From Candidatus Poribacteria bacterium (GTDB taxonomy: Bacteria > Poribacteria > WGA-4E > UBA9662): DNA of 24,713 nucleotides. The notes under the pieces were generated by a model, which had not been told where the DNA came from, did not search any database, and saw only the letters and a list, made by a program, of their open reading frames with translations. The stretch spans positions 1-24,713 of the forward strand of contig JAYGDX010000107.1 in assembly GCA_046582655.1 (NCBI GenBank), written 5' to 3'. Made by a program: the position numbers and the translations under genes. Positions within the stretch are counted from its first letter, which is position 1; every line of letters begins with the position of its first letter. Below are positions 1-11,200 of the stretch, one piece after another.

Positions 1-1
1 T

Positions 2-1354
2 GACGCCATTGAGGCATATCAGCAAGCCATCCGTATTCAACCCAATCAGGGGGAGGCCTACTACAATCTGGGGAATGCTTTTCACAGCCAAGAGCGGATG
101 GAAGAAGCTATTGAGGCATATCAGAAAGCTATTCAAATTCAACCCAATCGTGTAGAGGCTTACAATAACTTGGGTGTCGTACTCATAGACCAAGAAAAGT
201 TAGAGGAATCTGTCCAGATCTATCAGAAAACACTTGAAATTCAGCCCAACTATGCTGATGCCTATAACAACTTGGGTAATGCGTTGCGAGAACAGGGAAA
301 GCTGGAGGAATCTATTCGGATTTTCCAAAAAGCTACCCATCTTCAGCCTAACCATGCTGAAGCTCATAACAATTTGGCTATGATGTTGCTTCTAAAAGGC
401 AATTTTGAAAATGGTTGGAAGCAATACGAATGGCGATGTCAGTGTGATAACTTTCCCTTTGAAAAACGAGATTTCCCTCAACCGTTTTGGGAGGGGACGG
501 ATCTCAATGACAAATCCATTCTGGTTTGGACTGAACAGGGTATCGGCGATGAAATTATGTTCACCAGCATACTTCCCGATCTGCTAAACATGAACGCCAA
601 TATCATCGTCGAAAGTGACAGAAGAATGGTTTCTCTCTTCCAGCGTTCTTTCCCCAAGATTCAATTTATTCCTCGCCAAAACCCACCCAATTCACAGTTA
701 CTGAATACGACTATAGATTACCAAGTACCAATCGGCAGCTTGGGGAAATGGCTCAGGAGAGATGAAAATAGTTTTATACTAAATCGAAATACATACTTAT
801 GTGCGTGTCCGAAGAAAACTTCCAGGAAAAGGAAGGAATACCAAGAACTAGCTAATGGGAAAATACTGATTGGTATTTCTTGGAAAAGTACCGGAATTAA
901 TCAAAGACATACATACACCAAAAAGAAGAAAAGCACACCTTTGGAATACTGGCAACCTCTTCTCGCGCAAAGGAACTGTTATTTTATTAATCTACAGTAT
1001 GGTAACGTTAAACAGGAATTAAACGAATTTCAGAAACATACAGATCTAAAGATTTATCAAGACGAGGAGATCGACTCATTAAGTAGTTTAGATGATTTTG
1101 CTGCCCAAATATCAGCCTTAGATTTGGTTATATCGACATCTAACACGACAGTTCATCTGGCCGGAGCACTAGGGAAACAGGTTTGGACTTTACTACCCCA
1201 CATACCAGATTGGCGGTGGACATTAGAAAGAGAAGATACGCTCTGGTATCCCAGGATGAGGTTATTCCGCCAACATCGGATTGGAGATTGGTCTAAGGCA
1301 TTTCAACAGGTTAAATTGGCCTTAGAGCAACATCCAACGAACAAGAACACATAA
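2..1354 (+). CDS. TPR-repeat protein with C-terminal GT9 (heptosyltransferase)-like glycosyltransferase domain; 5' end lies outside the window
   Basis: Frame is open from nt 2 (DAIEAYQQAIRIQPNQGEAYYNLGNA) into the ORF-track protein. Contains repeated 34-aa TPR units (AYNNLG..L...G.LEE) followed by motifs typical of this architecture: EQGIGDEIMF, DLVISTSNTTVHLAGALG, PDWRW. Confidence 0.85.
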   Translation, partial: DAIEAYQQAIRIQPNQGEAYYNLGNAFHSQERMEEAIEAYQKAIQIQPNRVEAYNNLGVVLIDQEKLEESVQIYQKTLEIQPNYADAYNNLGNALREQGKLEESIRIFQKATHLQPNHAEAHNNLAMMLLLKGNFENGWKQYEWRCQCDNFPFEKRDFPQPFWEGTDLNDKSILVWTEQGIGDEIMFTSILPDLLNMNANIIVESDRRMVSLFQRSFPKIQFIPRQNPPNSQLLNTTIDYQVPIGSLGKWLRRDENSFILNRNTYLCACPKKTSRKRKEYQELANGKILIGISWKSTGINQRHTYTKKKKSTPLEYWQPLLAQRNCYFINLQYGNVKQELNEFQKHTDLKIYQDEEIDSLSSLDDFAAQISALDLVISTSNTTVHLAGALGKQVWTLLPHIPDWRWTLEREDTLWYPRMRLFRQHRIGDWSKAFQQVKLALEQHPTNKNT

Positions 1355-1388
1355 TGTATTGATCTAATGTAGGCATAGATCAATATAT
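1354..1388. terminator. Hairpin between convergent genes, possible terminator
   Basis: TATTGATCTA (1357-1366) and TAGATCAATA (1376-1385) form a perfect 10-bp inverted repeat with a 9-nt loop, just after the TPR gene stop. It is AT-rich and has no U-tract. Confidence 0.35.
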
Positions 1389-1488
1389 CTGGTCAAAGAG
1401 GCAAGAGCTTGGATACCCTGCATTCTCGTTTTGCTGACAACAATAGATTTATTTGCTAGAAGACCGAAAGTTCTGCCACCCAAATAAA

Positions 1489-2664
1489 TCAGGATAATCG
1501 GGCACGTAAAAACATCAAAGGTAATAAGCTAAACAATAGAAGCATGCCCATCAACATCAGACCAATGGCAAACTCGTAATACTCCCCCATGGCGCTCATA
1601 CCTGCAGGAACAATGCCACCGGCAAATAAATAAACAAATGGAATCATTAACGATATGGCAACGTCGCGGGTACGCGATGATTCGGTATTTGCCAGAGCCA
1701 GTACTGAGATAGGAAAAAAAGAGGTCGTAACCATTGGTTGAAGAAAGACGGTGAAGATTAACCATCCATTGGAAGCTAAACCAAGCAATACGGTCAAAAA
1801 CCCAGATGCTATGTAAATGCATCCCATTACCAATTCCACCCCAAAACGGTCGGCTAGCCAGCCAGCGATAAATAGGGTGAAGAACCCCGACAGGCGAGAA
1901 AGTCCTATAATGGTGTTAACCAATGTTTGATCCATACCCCGCTCGCTAATCAGGTAGACAGGCAAAATCGAGTAAACTCCCATACTTGCTGCAGCCACGA
2001 AACTCAACATAATGGCTATTCTCCAAAACGATGGTCGTGAACAGACAAGTTTGACATTGGCAAAATATGGGGGCTCACCCAGAAACCTACCCCCTGATCC
2101 AAATAAGGCGAAGACAATAGCCACAACCAAGCACGAAACACCCAAGCCGGCTATAATCCCTCTCCAGGAGGAGAAGTTCAGTCCCAGCTCAGCAACAATA
2201 GGAGCCAAAACAAACCCTAAATTTGGGCCAGCCTCATGAAAAGCAATCGCTTTCCCCCAATGCTCTTTTTCCACCAAATGGGTGATCGTCGCCATTCCCG
2301 AGGGGAAATACAAACCGGCTCCTATGCCTAACATAAGCATTCCAAGCTGAAGGCCAACAAGCCTTGAGTTGAAAGAGATTATCAAAAGTGCTAATCCGCA
2401 AATGGTAGCAGACAGAAGAATGGCACCATAATGGGTTATTCTGCCAGAAACAAAGCCGGAACAAAGCATGGTTGGGGCATATCCGATGGAAATGAAGAAA
2501 AACAAACTTCCAGCCGCAGTATGAGAAAGGTGGAGATCTGCCTCAATCGGCATCAGAAGTGGCGAAAAGATCACTCGGGCTAGAAAAGTGAAAAAGATCA
2601 CCAGCACCAAAGGAAAAACAACTCCAAAGACATGAGAGATACTACGTGGTCTCTTGTCCTTCAT
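1489..2664 (-). CDS. MFS transporter
   Basis: 391 aa with about 12 hydrophobic segments. Motif A-like sequences in both halves (GFVSGRIT; GWLADRFG). Confidence 0.9.
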   Translation of the reverse strand: MKDKRPRSISHVFGVVFPLVLVIFFTFLARVIFSPLLMPIEADLHLSHTAAGSLFFFISIGYAPTMLCSGFVSGRITHYGAILLSATICGLALLIISFNSRLVGLQLGMLMLGIGAGLYFPSGMATITHLVEKEHWGKAIAFHEAGPNLGFVLAPIVAELGLNFSSWRGIIAGLGVSCLVVAIVFALFGSGGRFLGEPPYFANVKLVCSRPSFWRIAIMLSFVAAASMGVYSILPVYLISERGMDQTLVNTIIGLSRLSGFFTLFIAGWLADRFGVELVMGCIYIASGFLTVLLGLASNGWLIFTVFLQPMVTTSFFPISVLALANTESSRTRDVAISLMIPFVYLFAGGIVPAGMSAMGEYYEFAIGLMLMGMLLLFSLLPLMFLRARLS

Positions 2665-2698
2665 CCTGACTTTTCACTTGTCAGAAATCCTAGTAAGT

Positions 2699-3703
2699 TC
2701 AAAGTCGAACTTCGCCCATTCTATCGGATGATTCATAGATGGCGTCCAACATTTTCATGAGCGTAACTCCCTGCTCGGCCGAAGCAATAGGTATCTGATT
2801 ATCAAGGACACAATCAACAAAGTGTTTGACTTCTTCCCGAAACCCGTTGATTGATGGAACTTCAGGGGTTTCATCTTGGTCATCTCTGTAAATTGTCAGT
2901 GGATCGAGTTTAGCACCTGCTTCCGTACCAGCAATTTGAAGATAACCTGCGCCGGGCAGGTTTAGCGACCAAGTCGCTTCCAACATTAAAGTCGCACCAT
3001 TATCAAAACGGATCTGCGCAAACGCTGAGTCATCCACATCGTACTTAATCTCTTCAGAAACTAAATGGCGAAATTTGGAAAATGTTGCCCCTAAGATAGA
3101 GATCGGTTTGGGATTCCCCATCAGCCACCAGACCCGATCAAGCGCATGCACTCCTATGTCAATCAAGCCACCGCCGCCAGATTTCGATTTATCAACAAAC
3201 CAGCCGCCAGCTCCAATAGGAATTCCGCGACGACGGACATAACCAGCCTTTCCGAAGTAGATCTCTCCTAATTCACCATCGTCTACCATCTTTCTTAGCG
3301 TCAGTGAATCACCTCCAAAACGCAACACCAATGCATACATTAGTGTCCGATTGTTTGCCTTTGCCGCTTCAGCCATTGCTATCGCTTCTTTTGCATTCCG
3401 AGCTGGAGGTTTTTCACAAAGCACATGTTTGCCTGCGTTGAGTGAATCAATAGTCACCGGAGCATGTAAAAAATTCGGCAGTCCAACGCTGATGGTATTG
3501 ATATCATTATTTGCCAGCATTTCTCGATGATCAGTATAAATGAATGGTATATCATATTCTTCGGCTACCTGTTTGGCATGCTCCTGATTCAAATCACAAA
3601 CAGCTAATACTTCCGACCGGCTGTATTCCTGATAACCTTTCAGGTGCTCAACTCCGGCAAAACCCAGCCCGGCGATACCCGCTTTAACTTGCTGATCAGA
3701 CAT
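2699..3703 (-). CDS. Gfo/Idh/MocA family NAD(P)-dependent oxidoreductase
   Basis: GIAGLGFAG Rossmann loop, GKHVLCEKP and GGGGLIDIGVH motifs. Confidence 0.92.
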   Translation of the reverse strand: MSDQQVKAGIAGLGFAGVEHLKGYQEYSRSEVLAVCDLNQEHAKQVAEEYDIPFIYTDHREMLANNDINTISVGLPNFLHAPVTIDSLNAGKHVLCEKPPARNAKEAIAMAEAAKANNRTLMYALVLRFGGDSLTLRKMVDDGELGEIYFGKAGYVRRRGIPIGAGGWFVDKSKSGGGGLIDIGVHALDRVWWLMGNPKPISILGATFSKFRHLVSEEIKYDVDDSAFAQIRFDNGATLMLEATWSLNLPGAGYLQIAGTEAGAKLDPLTIYRDDQDETPEVPSINGFREEVKHFVDCVLDNQIPIASAEQGVTLMKMLDAIYESSDRMGEVRL

Positions 3704-3742
3704 AAAAAACTAACCTTTCAATTAATTGACTTTAAAATGTAT

Positions 3743-4801
3743 CTATGACGGTAATGGAAATTGGACGCGTTTTCCTTCTGCGGCCGATTGATAGGCACCT
3801 AAAACCATCTCAACAGCCAGACGCCCGTCCATGCCGGTCACCGGAGGATCACTATCATTTCTCAAACAATCGATAAACGGACGCGGTACATTGGCAATCC
3901 GTTCACCATGTGAATCTGGAATCGGGATACCCAGATCCTCCCACCCTTGTTGGTCACGTTGATATAACTTCACTGCGACGGCGTTTTCAGGTCGAGGTAA
4001 AGAGGTCGATGGACCATCGCCGTAGTTTTGGATTACAACCCCTTGATCTCCATAAATCTCTGTCGTGTTCTCACCGGCCAGAGTAACGGAAGTATTGATC
4101 AAAACAGACATAGTTCCTTCTTCAAAACGGTAAATAGCAATTCCACTATCGTCTGGTGCTACATCCGTTAGCACATTATCGATTTCTGCCATTACGCTAA
4201 CAGGTCTGCCCAACATCCAATGGATAAAGTCGGTGGCATGACTTGCATCGTCCATAAACATGCCCATATTTTGCTCTGCATCTATGTGCCACTTAGAGGG
4301 ACCAGTAACGAAATCTTGATTGAACAAAACAGGAATACAGTGTCGGCGGCGTAAAAGTCCAATTTTACCTAGTCTGCCCGATTGGATGATCTCCTTCATT
4401 TTCAGGTTGGCGGGATCGTGCCGCATCTGATGCGCCATCATGAACTTCACACCAGCCTTTTCTACTGCCTCAATCATTCGATCACAATCTGTCAATGTCA
4501 ATGCCATCGGTTTCTGACAGAGGATATTTTTGCCTGCTTCTGCTGCCGCTACGACCATGTCAGCATGGCGGTTCGTTTCACAAGTAACAATTACTGCCTC
4601 AATTTCCGGATGATGAATGACATCCTCGACATGCGGTGAATAGGTCATACCAAACTGATCAGCCGCCGCCTTTCCGCGTTCTTGGTTGTCATCCCAACAG
4701 GTAACGACCTGTGCATCATCAAAATTGATTATCTGGTTACAGTAGGCATTGACATGACCGTGTGCGAAACTAACAACGCCAATGCCAATCTTGGCAATCA
4801 T
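3743..4801 (-). CDS. Gfo/Idh/MocA family oxidoreductase (QKP variant)
   Basis: AAEAGKNILCQKPMA, GRLGKI and GMFMDDASH motifs. The ATG at 4801 is better spaced from the GAAGGGG SD (4809-4815) than the TTG at 4804. Confidence 0.88.
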   Translation of the reverse strand: MIAKIGIGVVSFAHGHVNAYCNQIINFDDAQVVTCWDDNQERGKAAADQFGMTYSPHVEDVIHHPEIEAVIVTCETNRHADMVVAAAEAGKNILCQKPMALTLTDCDRMIEAVEKAGVKFMMAHQMRHDPANLKMKEIIQSGRLGKIGLLRRRHCIPVLFNQDFVTGPSKWHIDAEQNMGMFMDDASHATDFIHWMLGRPVSVMAEIDNVLTDVAPDDSGIAIYRFEEGTMSVLINTSVTLAGENTTEIYGDQGVVIQNYGDGPSTSLPRPENAVAVKLYQRDQQGWEDLGIPIPDSHGERIANVPRPFIDCLRNDSDPPVTGMDGRLAVEMVLGAYQSAAEGKRVQFPLPS

Positions 4802-5203
4802 CAAAATTCCCCTTCAAATATGATTTCATTAATACCACATTATTTTGTTAATATTCAACTTAGGTTATAGTAACAAACACTCGAAGTTGATCACAAGTTG
4901 AAAATCGACTGCAAACTACAGCAAATCAACATTCAGGAAAAACCTAAACTATCCTTAAACCAACCTCGTTCAGTGTAAAGGGGCTCGTAACGTAAACTCA
5001 CGTTCTATCGTTGATGTTCGTATAAATCTAGGTCCAGCAAATTAGCCGAAGCAGGAAGTGTGTATATCCATAATTGGTGCAGATTTGGTTTTAAACAAGC
5101 AACAAAACATGACTGTTCCAACAAGCCTATCTAAAAGTCATTAGAACAAATTACAATTGATTACCTATCTGGGTATATCAAGCACAAAGACAGAGATCCC
5201 ATC

Positions 5204-8200
5204 TTGTTCAAACACCCGATTTTAATTTTGATAATTGTCGCATTCCCGGTAATAAGCTTCCTTATCCCCAATCTTGTCTATGGACAGAATTGGGAATTAG
5301 CCCATCAAGCGGATACGCAGATAAACTTTCAAGATGTGGCATTTATCTCAACGAATCTTGGCTGGGCAGTTGGGAACAACGGGACTATCCTCGCTACCAA
5401 TGACGGTGGTACAAACTGGTTACAGCAAGCTTCCGACACTGTTAACCGGCTTTATGGGGTCACGTTCGTCTCCTTTACCCAAGGTTGGGCAGTTGGCGAC
5501 AATGGTACCATCCTAACTACCAACAACGGCGGTGCCAACTGGTTACAGCAGGCTTCCGGCACTGTTAACCAGCTTTACGAAGTCACGTTCGTCTCCTCTA
5601 CCCAAGGCTGGGCAGTTGGGAATAGTGGTACCATCCTCGCTACCAATGACGGCGGTACAAACTGGTTACAGCAGGCTTCTGGCACTGTTAACCGGCTTTA
5701 TGGGGGCGCGTTTGTCTCCGCCACTCAGGGATGGGCAGTTGGCGACAATGGAACTATCCTGACCACCAATGACGGTGGTGCCAGCTGGAATTTACAAGTC
5801 TCTGGAGTCTCAAATCGATTCTACCATATAACGTTTGTGTCAAAGACGCATAGCTGGGCGGTTGGCCTGGACGGCATCATCTTGACCACAGGTGATGGTG
5901 GTGCTAACTGGTCACCACAAATCTCTGGTACGTCCAATGGACTTCAGGCCATAGTTTATGATGGAGATTCAACCCTCTGGACCGTCGGAAGTAACGGAAG
6001 AATCTATAGATACTTTGACCGGTCGTTCCTGCCACCTGTAGCTAGCGACAATGCCATCACCGTCGTTGAGGATTCCACCAACAACACGGCCACGTTGCCT
6101 GTTACCGATGTCAACAATGACAGCCTCAGTTACACTATCATCTCCGGACCGGCCAAAGGAACTTTATCCGGTACCGCGCCTAATCTGCTCTATACACCCA
6201 ATCCTGACTTTCCCCGCACCAATGCAAACGGGTCAGATACCTTCACCTTCAAAGCCAGCGATGGAATCAGTGACAGCAACACTGCTACCACGACAATTAC
6301 AGTCACCTTTGTCAATGATCCACCGGTAGCTGACAATCAATCTGTCACGGTGGCAGAAGATTCAAGCAATAACGAGATAACGCTAACTGCCACTGATGCA
6401 GAAAATGATGATTTCACATATAGCTTGGTTTCACAGCCAGCGCACGGAACTTTATCAGGAACGGTACCCAATTTGACCTATACGCCAAACGCCAACTACT
6501 TTGGTGCCGATACTTTCCAATTCAAAGTTAATGACGGGACAACTGAAAGTGGCTTGGCAACTGTCACCATTACCATTAATTCCATCAATGACGATCCTGT
6601 AGCAACCAGTTTAACCGTGTCAGTCAGAATCAACACATCCGTGGCAATTTTACTCTCCGCCACAGATTCGGAAACCGATAATCTTACCTTGCAGGTAACG
6701 TCCCAACCAAGTAATGGCAGCCTTTTGGGTTCGCCCCCTATTCAAACGCTGACCTACACTCCTAACACCGATTACAGTGGGACCGATAGTTTCACTTTCA
6801 AAGCCAATGACGGATCCTCAGACAGCAACATTGCCATTGTCAGTATTAAAGTCAACATTCCACCGGTAGCCACTGGGGTCACAGCGGAAACCCAAGAGGA
6901 CAAAGCCGTGTCAGTCACACTGGCAGCCACAGATAGTGATAATGATTCAATCACATTTTCGCTGGTCACCTATCCCAAAAACGGCACTACTTCCATATCC
7001 AGTTCCAACCTAACCTATACGCCAAAGACTAACTACAATGGCAAAGAGACGTTCTCGTTTCTAGCCAAGGATGCGACCGCTATCAGTAACACTGCCACCA
7101 TTAGTATCGATGTCATTGCCGTAAACGATACACCTGTCGCTAATTCCCAATCGATTACCATCTCAGAAGATACGACCGCTTCTATCAACCTGACAGCCAC
7201 CGATATTGACGGTGACAAACTTAGCTATTCGATCATATCCAATCCAGATAAGGGAACATTAACAGGTAAATTGCCTAAACTCACCTACACCCCTAACACC
7301 AATTTCACCGGTAGCGATACCTTCACCTTCGTATCCAGAGATACAGTTTCTGTCAGCCAATCCGCCACTGTCAATATTACGGTTGAAGAAATAAATGACG
7401 TTCCTATGGCTAACAACCTATCAATTGCAGCATTAGAAGATACAGCCAAATCGATCACTCTAACAGCCGCAGATCCGGATAACAGTTCAATCACCTATGC
7501 CTTAGTCACGTTGCCGGCAAACGGCACGCTTTCAGGTACTTCTCCAGATCTAACCTATACACCTGATCCGGATTTCGATGGCAGTGACACCTTTACTTTT
7601 GTAGCCAAGGATACAGATTCTGTCAGCCAATCTGCCACGGTTAACATTACCATGGAGAAAGTGAATGACGTTCCTATGGCTAACAACCTATCAATCACAA
7701 CCCTGAAAAATACCAACTTGTCCATAACCTTAACGGGGACAGACGTTGACAATAACACTTTAACTTATACTCTAACATCAACTCCTTCCAATGGAACATT
7801 GACCGGGAACGCCCCTAACCTAACTTATACACCAAACTCGGACTTCGATGGCAGTGACACATTCAAGTTTATCGCTTCCGACGGTACGCTTGTCAGTCAA
7901 ATAGCGACTGTCAATATTACTGTGAACACCACTCCTGGCAGTAACCAGGCTCCTGTAGCTGAAGACCTAGCGGTTACCACGGAGGAGGATACGCAAGTCT
8001 CAATCCTGCTTCGAGCGAGCGATGCAAACAATAACTCTCTGACGTATACAATTGTGTCTACTCCAACCAATGGGGCTTCAGCCGGTACTGCACCCAGTCT
8101 AACTTATACGCCCAATTCCAATTATAACGGTATCGATTCCTTAGCCTTCAAAGTCAATGATGGAACAGTTGACAGCAATACTGCCACTGTTACTATCACC

Positions 8201-11200
8201 GTGACACCTGTCAATGATTTACCCGTTGCCAACGCGCAAGATGTAACAACTTCGGAAGATACAAGTAAGCCAATTACACTGACAGCCGATGATATTGAAA
8301 ATGAGGCGCTCACTTATGTCATCATCTCAAGTCCCGGCAACGGAACTTTATCAGGTGCGCCACCGGACTTAACCTATATGGCAATTCCAGACTTTAACGG
8401 CAGTGATTCATTCTCTTTCATCGTGGATGACGGTAAAGGGCTCAGTAGCGAGGTAACTGTCAATATCACCATTGACCCAGTCAACGATCCTCCAGTACCT
8501 AACGGACAATCCTTAACTACATCTGAGGATACCGTTACCCCTATTACCCTGACCGCCAATGATCTGGATGGAGATAGATTAACTTATACCGTTACCTCCA
8601 ATCCAAATAAGGGGACCCTATCCGGAACAGCCTCCAACCTGGCCTACACACCGAATCCACACGTCAACGGCAATGACACGTTTCTCTTTATCGTCAGTGA
8701 CGGCACCGTAATCAGCGATGAAAAAACCGTTAGCATTCAGATCGGTACTGCCAATGATTCACCCACTGCCGACAAACAGACTTTGACTATTTTTGAGGAT
8801 GAAGCCACTTCAATTACGCTGACTGGCGGTGATACTGACAATGACACGTTAGCTTATATCGTAACGGTTGATCCAACCCATGGTACTTTGTCAGGCACAG
8901 CCCCCAGTCTCACTTATACACCACATCCGCATTTTCATGGCAATGATACATTTTCCTTTGTTGTCAATGACAGCATTTCCAACAGTGAAGTCACCAGTAT
9001 TGAATTGAAGATTACTTCAATAAACGACGCGCCTATCTCTCATTCCCAATCTGTAACAATACTGACCAAAGATGAGATATCTATTATATTAACCGGCGAT
9101 GATTTTGATAACGACTCACTGACCTATGTCATTCTCTCCCAACCGACGAAAGGCATACTCTCAGGTAGTCCGCCGAATTTGACCTATATTCCCAATCAGG
9201 ACCTCAGCGGTACCGACACATTTACATTCAATACCTACGATGGACTGTTATCCAGCAATACGGCAACCATTAATATTACGCTGCGTACGGTGACTCAGAA
9301 TTTCCCACCTGTCGCCAAGGCCGATACCGAAATTACGGTTACTGAGGATAAACAGGCAATTATTCAACTACTTGTCACAGACGTCAATTATAATTTCCTG
9401 ATCTATACGATTATATCGCAACCACAAAATGGCACATTATCCGGTACACCGCCTATCCTCACCTATAAACCAAATGAGAATTATAGCGGTACGGATAGCC
9501 TGATCTTCAAAGCCAATGATGGTGAACTTGACAGTAACACAGCCACTATCGATATCACGGTTATACCGGTCAATGATCAACCAATAATCCCGCCAGATGC
9601 AACTTTAACCCTCCAAGTTGTCGAGGATTCAATCAGCACACCAATCAGGCTAGCGGCTGTTGATCATGACGGGGACGAATTAAACTATCATATCGTTTCG
9701 TATCCAATTAACGGAACCTTGTCTGGGAAAGCACCGGAGCTTACTTATACACCTCATCCAAATTTCAGTGAGAATGATGCGTTTTCCTTCAAAGTAGATG
9801 ACGGTACAGTCAACAGCGAGGCCGCCACTATCAGTATCACGGTAACCCCGGTCAATGACACGCCGAGTGCTTCAGATATAGCCGAAGTTTTCGCCCAAAA
9901 ATCGATTGCCAACCCGATTTGGCTTATCGTCGACGATGTAGACGACGATAGATTGACTTACGAGATTGTGTCCTATCCCCAAAATGGTGTGCTTTCGACA
10001 CTGTCTAATAATCTGGCGAAATATACACCCAACCCTGATTTCGTTGGCCATGACACCTTTACTTTCAAAGCCAATGATGGTCAAGATAATAGTAATTTAG
10101 GAACTGTAAGCATTACTGTGTCAAAAGTTTTAGAAACGGTTATTGACCTGCGTCAACCAAATCATCCACCGATAACAGTACCTGTTCCTGATGGCGACGT
10201 GTCGATTCAAATCCCTGAGATGCCAGACCAAGGAAAAGTTTCCGTGTCTGTAAAAATTGCTGAGGTTGAAGAACTACCGTTGCAGTTCCAAGGACGCGTC
10301 AAAGGGACGGTTTTGGAAATTGAACTCAACGCTGAAACAGGTGAAAGGGTTGAAACAACTTTCACCAAACCGATGATCATCCAGATACCGATTAATTTAA
10401 CGGCACCTGATCCTCCAAATACAATAGCGCTTGCCACTAAGACTGGAGATCAAATAATAACTGAACTAATTCCAACCATGATCGTAGGTAGTCGTCCGAA
10501 CCAATTTCTAAGAGGCGAAATTAAGCATCTCAGTTACGTTTTCGCAGTTTCCAACGAAGCTCCCACGGTTGCCGGCCAACACATTTCTGTTAACGAGGAC
10601 GCAAAAGCAAATGAAATCATACTGGAAGGAAAGGACGCAGATGGCGATTCATTAACCTATATTATCGTTGATCAACCGATTCTAGGTACATTGTCCGGTT
10701 CGGGAGAAAATTGGACTTATACCCCCCAAAGTAACATATTTGGGTCAGATAAATTTACTGTCCAGGTCAACGACGGTGCTAGCGGTAGCGGTCTAGCTAC
10801 CGTTACAATTGACATCCATCCCATAAATGATAAACCAATAGCACATAGCCAACAAATAGGAATGAATCAGGTCGCAGCAGTACCGATTACTTTAACTGGA
10901 AAAGACATAGATGCAGATCCGTTAACGTACACTGTAATGTCACCTCCTGCCAAAGGGAAGCTGTCTGGGTCGGGACGAAATCATATTTATACACCCAATC
11001 GGGATTTCGATGGAATTGACAGCTTTACATTTCAAGTCAGTGACGGCAAATCATCAAGTGAAGCGGCAACTGTCTCCATTACAGCTGGGGCTATAACTTT
11101 GTTAACCGATGGATATCAATACCATGTTTCAATTCTCGAGGATTCGTCAGTTACAATCAGATTACCCAACCAAACTGATAAAGAATCAACATACAAAATC

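Noticed and set aside
98..100. ATG at 98 as the start of the TPR protein
   Set aside because: TPR-coding sequence continues in frame to the window edge, so the true start is upstream.
4900..5203. Possible riboswitch or ncRNA in the leader of the giant protein gene
   Set aside because: I could not recognise c-di-GMP or other riboswitch consensus elements or a convincing stem. An Rfam/Infernal scan would settle it.
5334..5762. Alternative-frame ORFs with repeated GQL...SLPMT...GYS motifs
   Set aside because: They are off-frame readings of the 123-bp propeller repeats.
6772..8559. Series of similar short minus-strand ORFs at roughly 270-nt spacing
   Set aside because: They are antisense shadows of the Ig repeats in the 2577-aa gene, with no independent coding signal.
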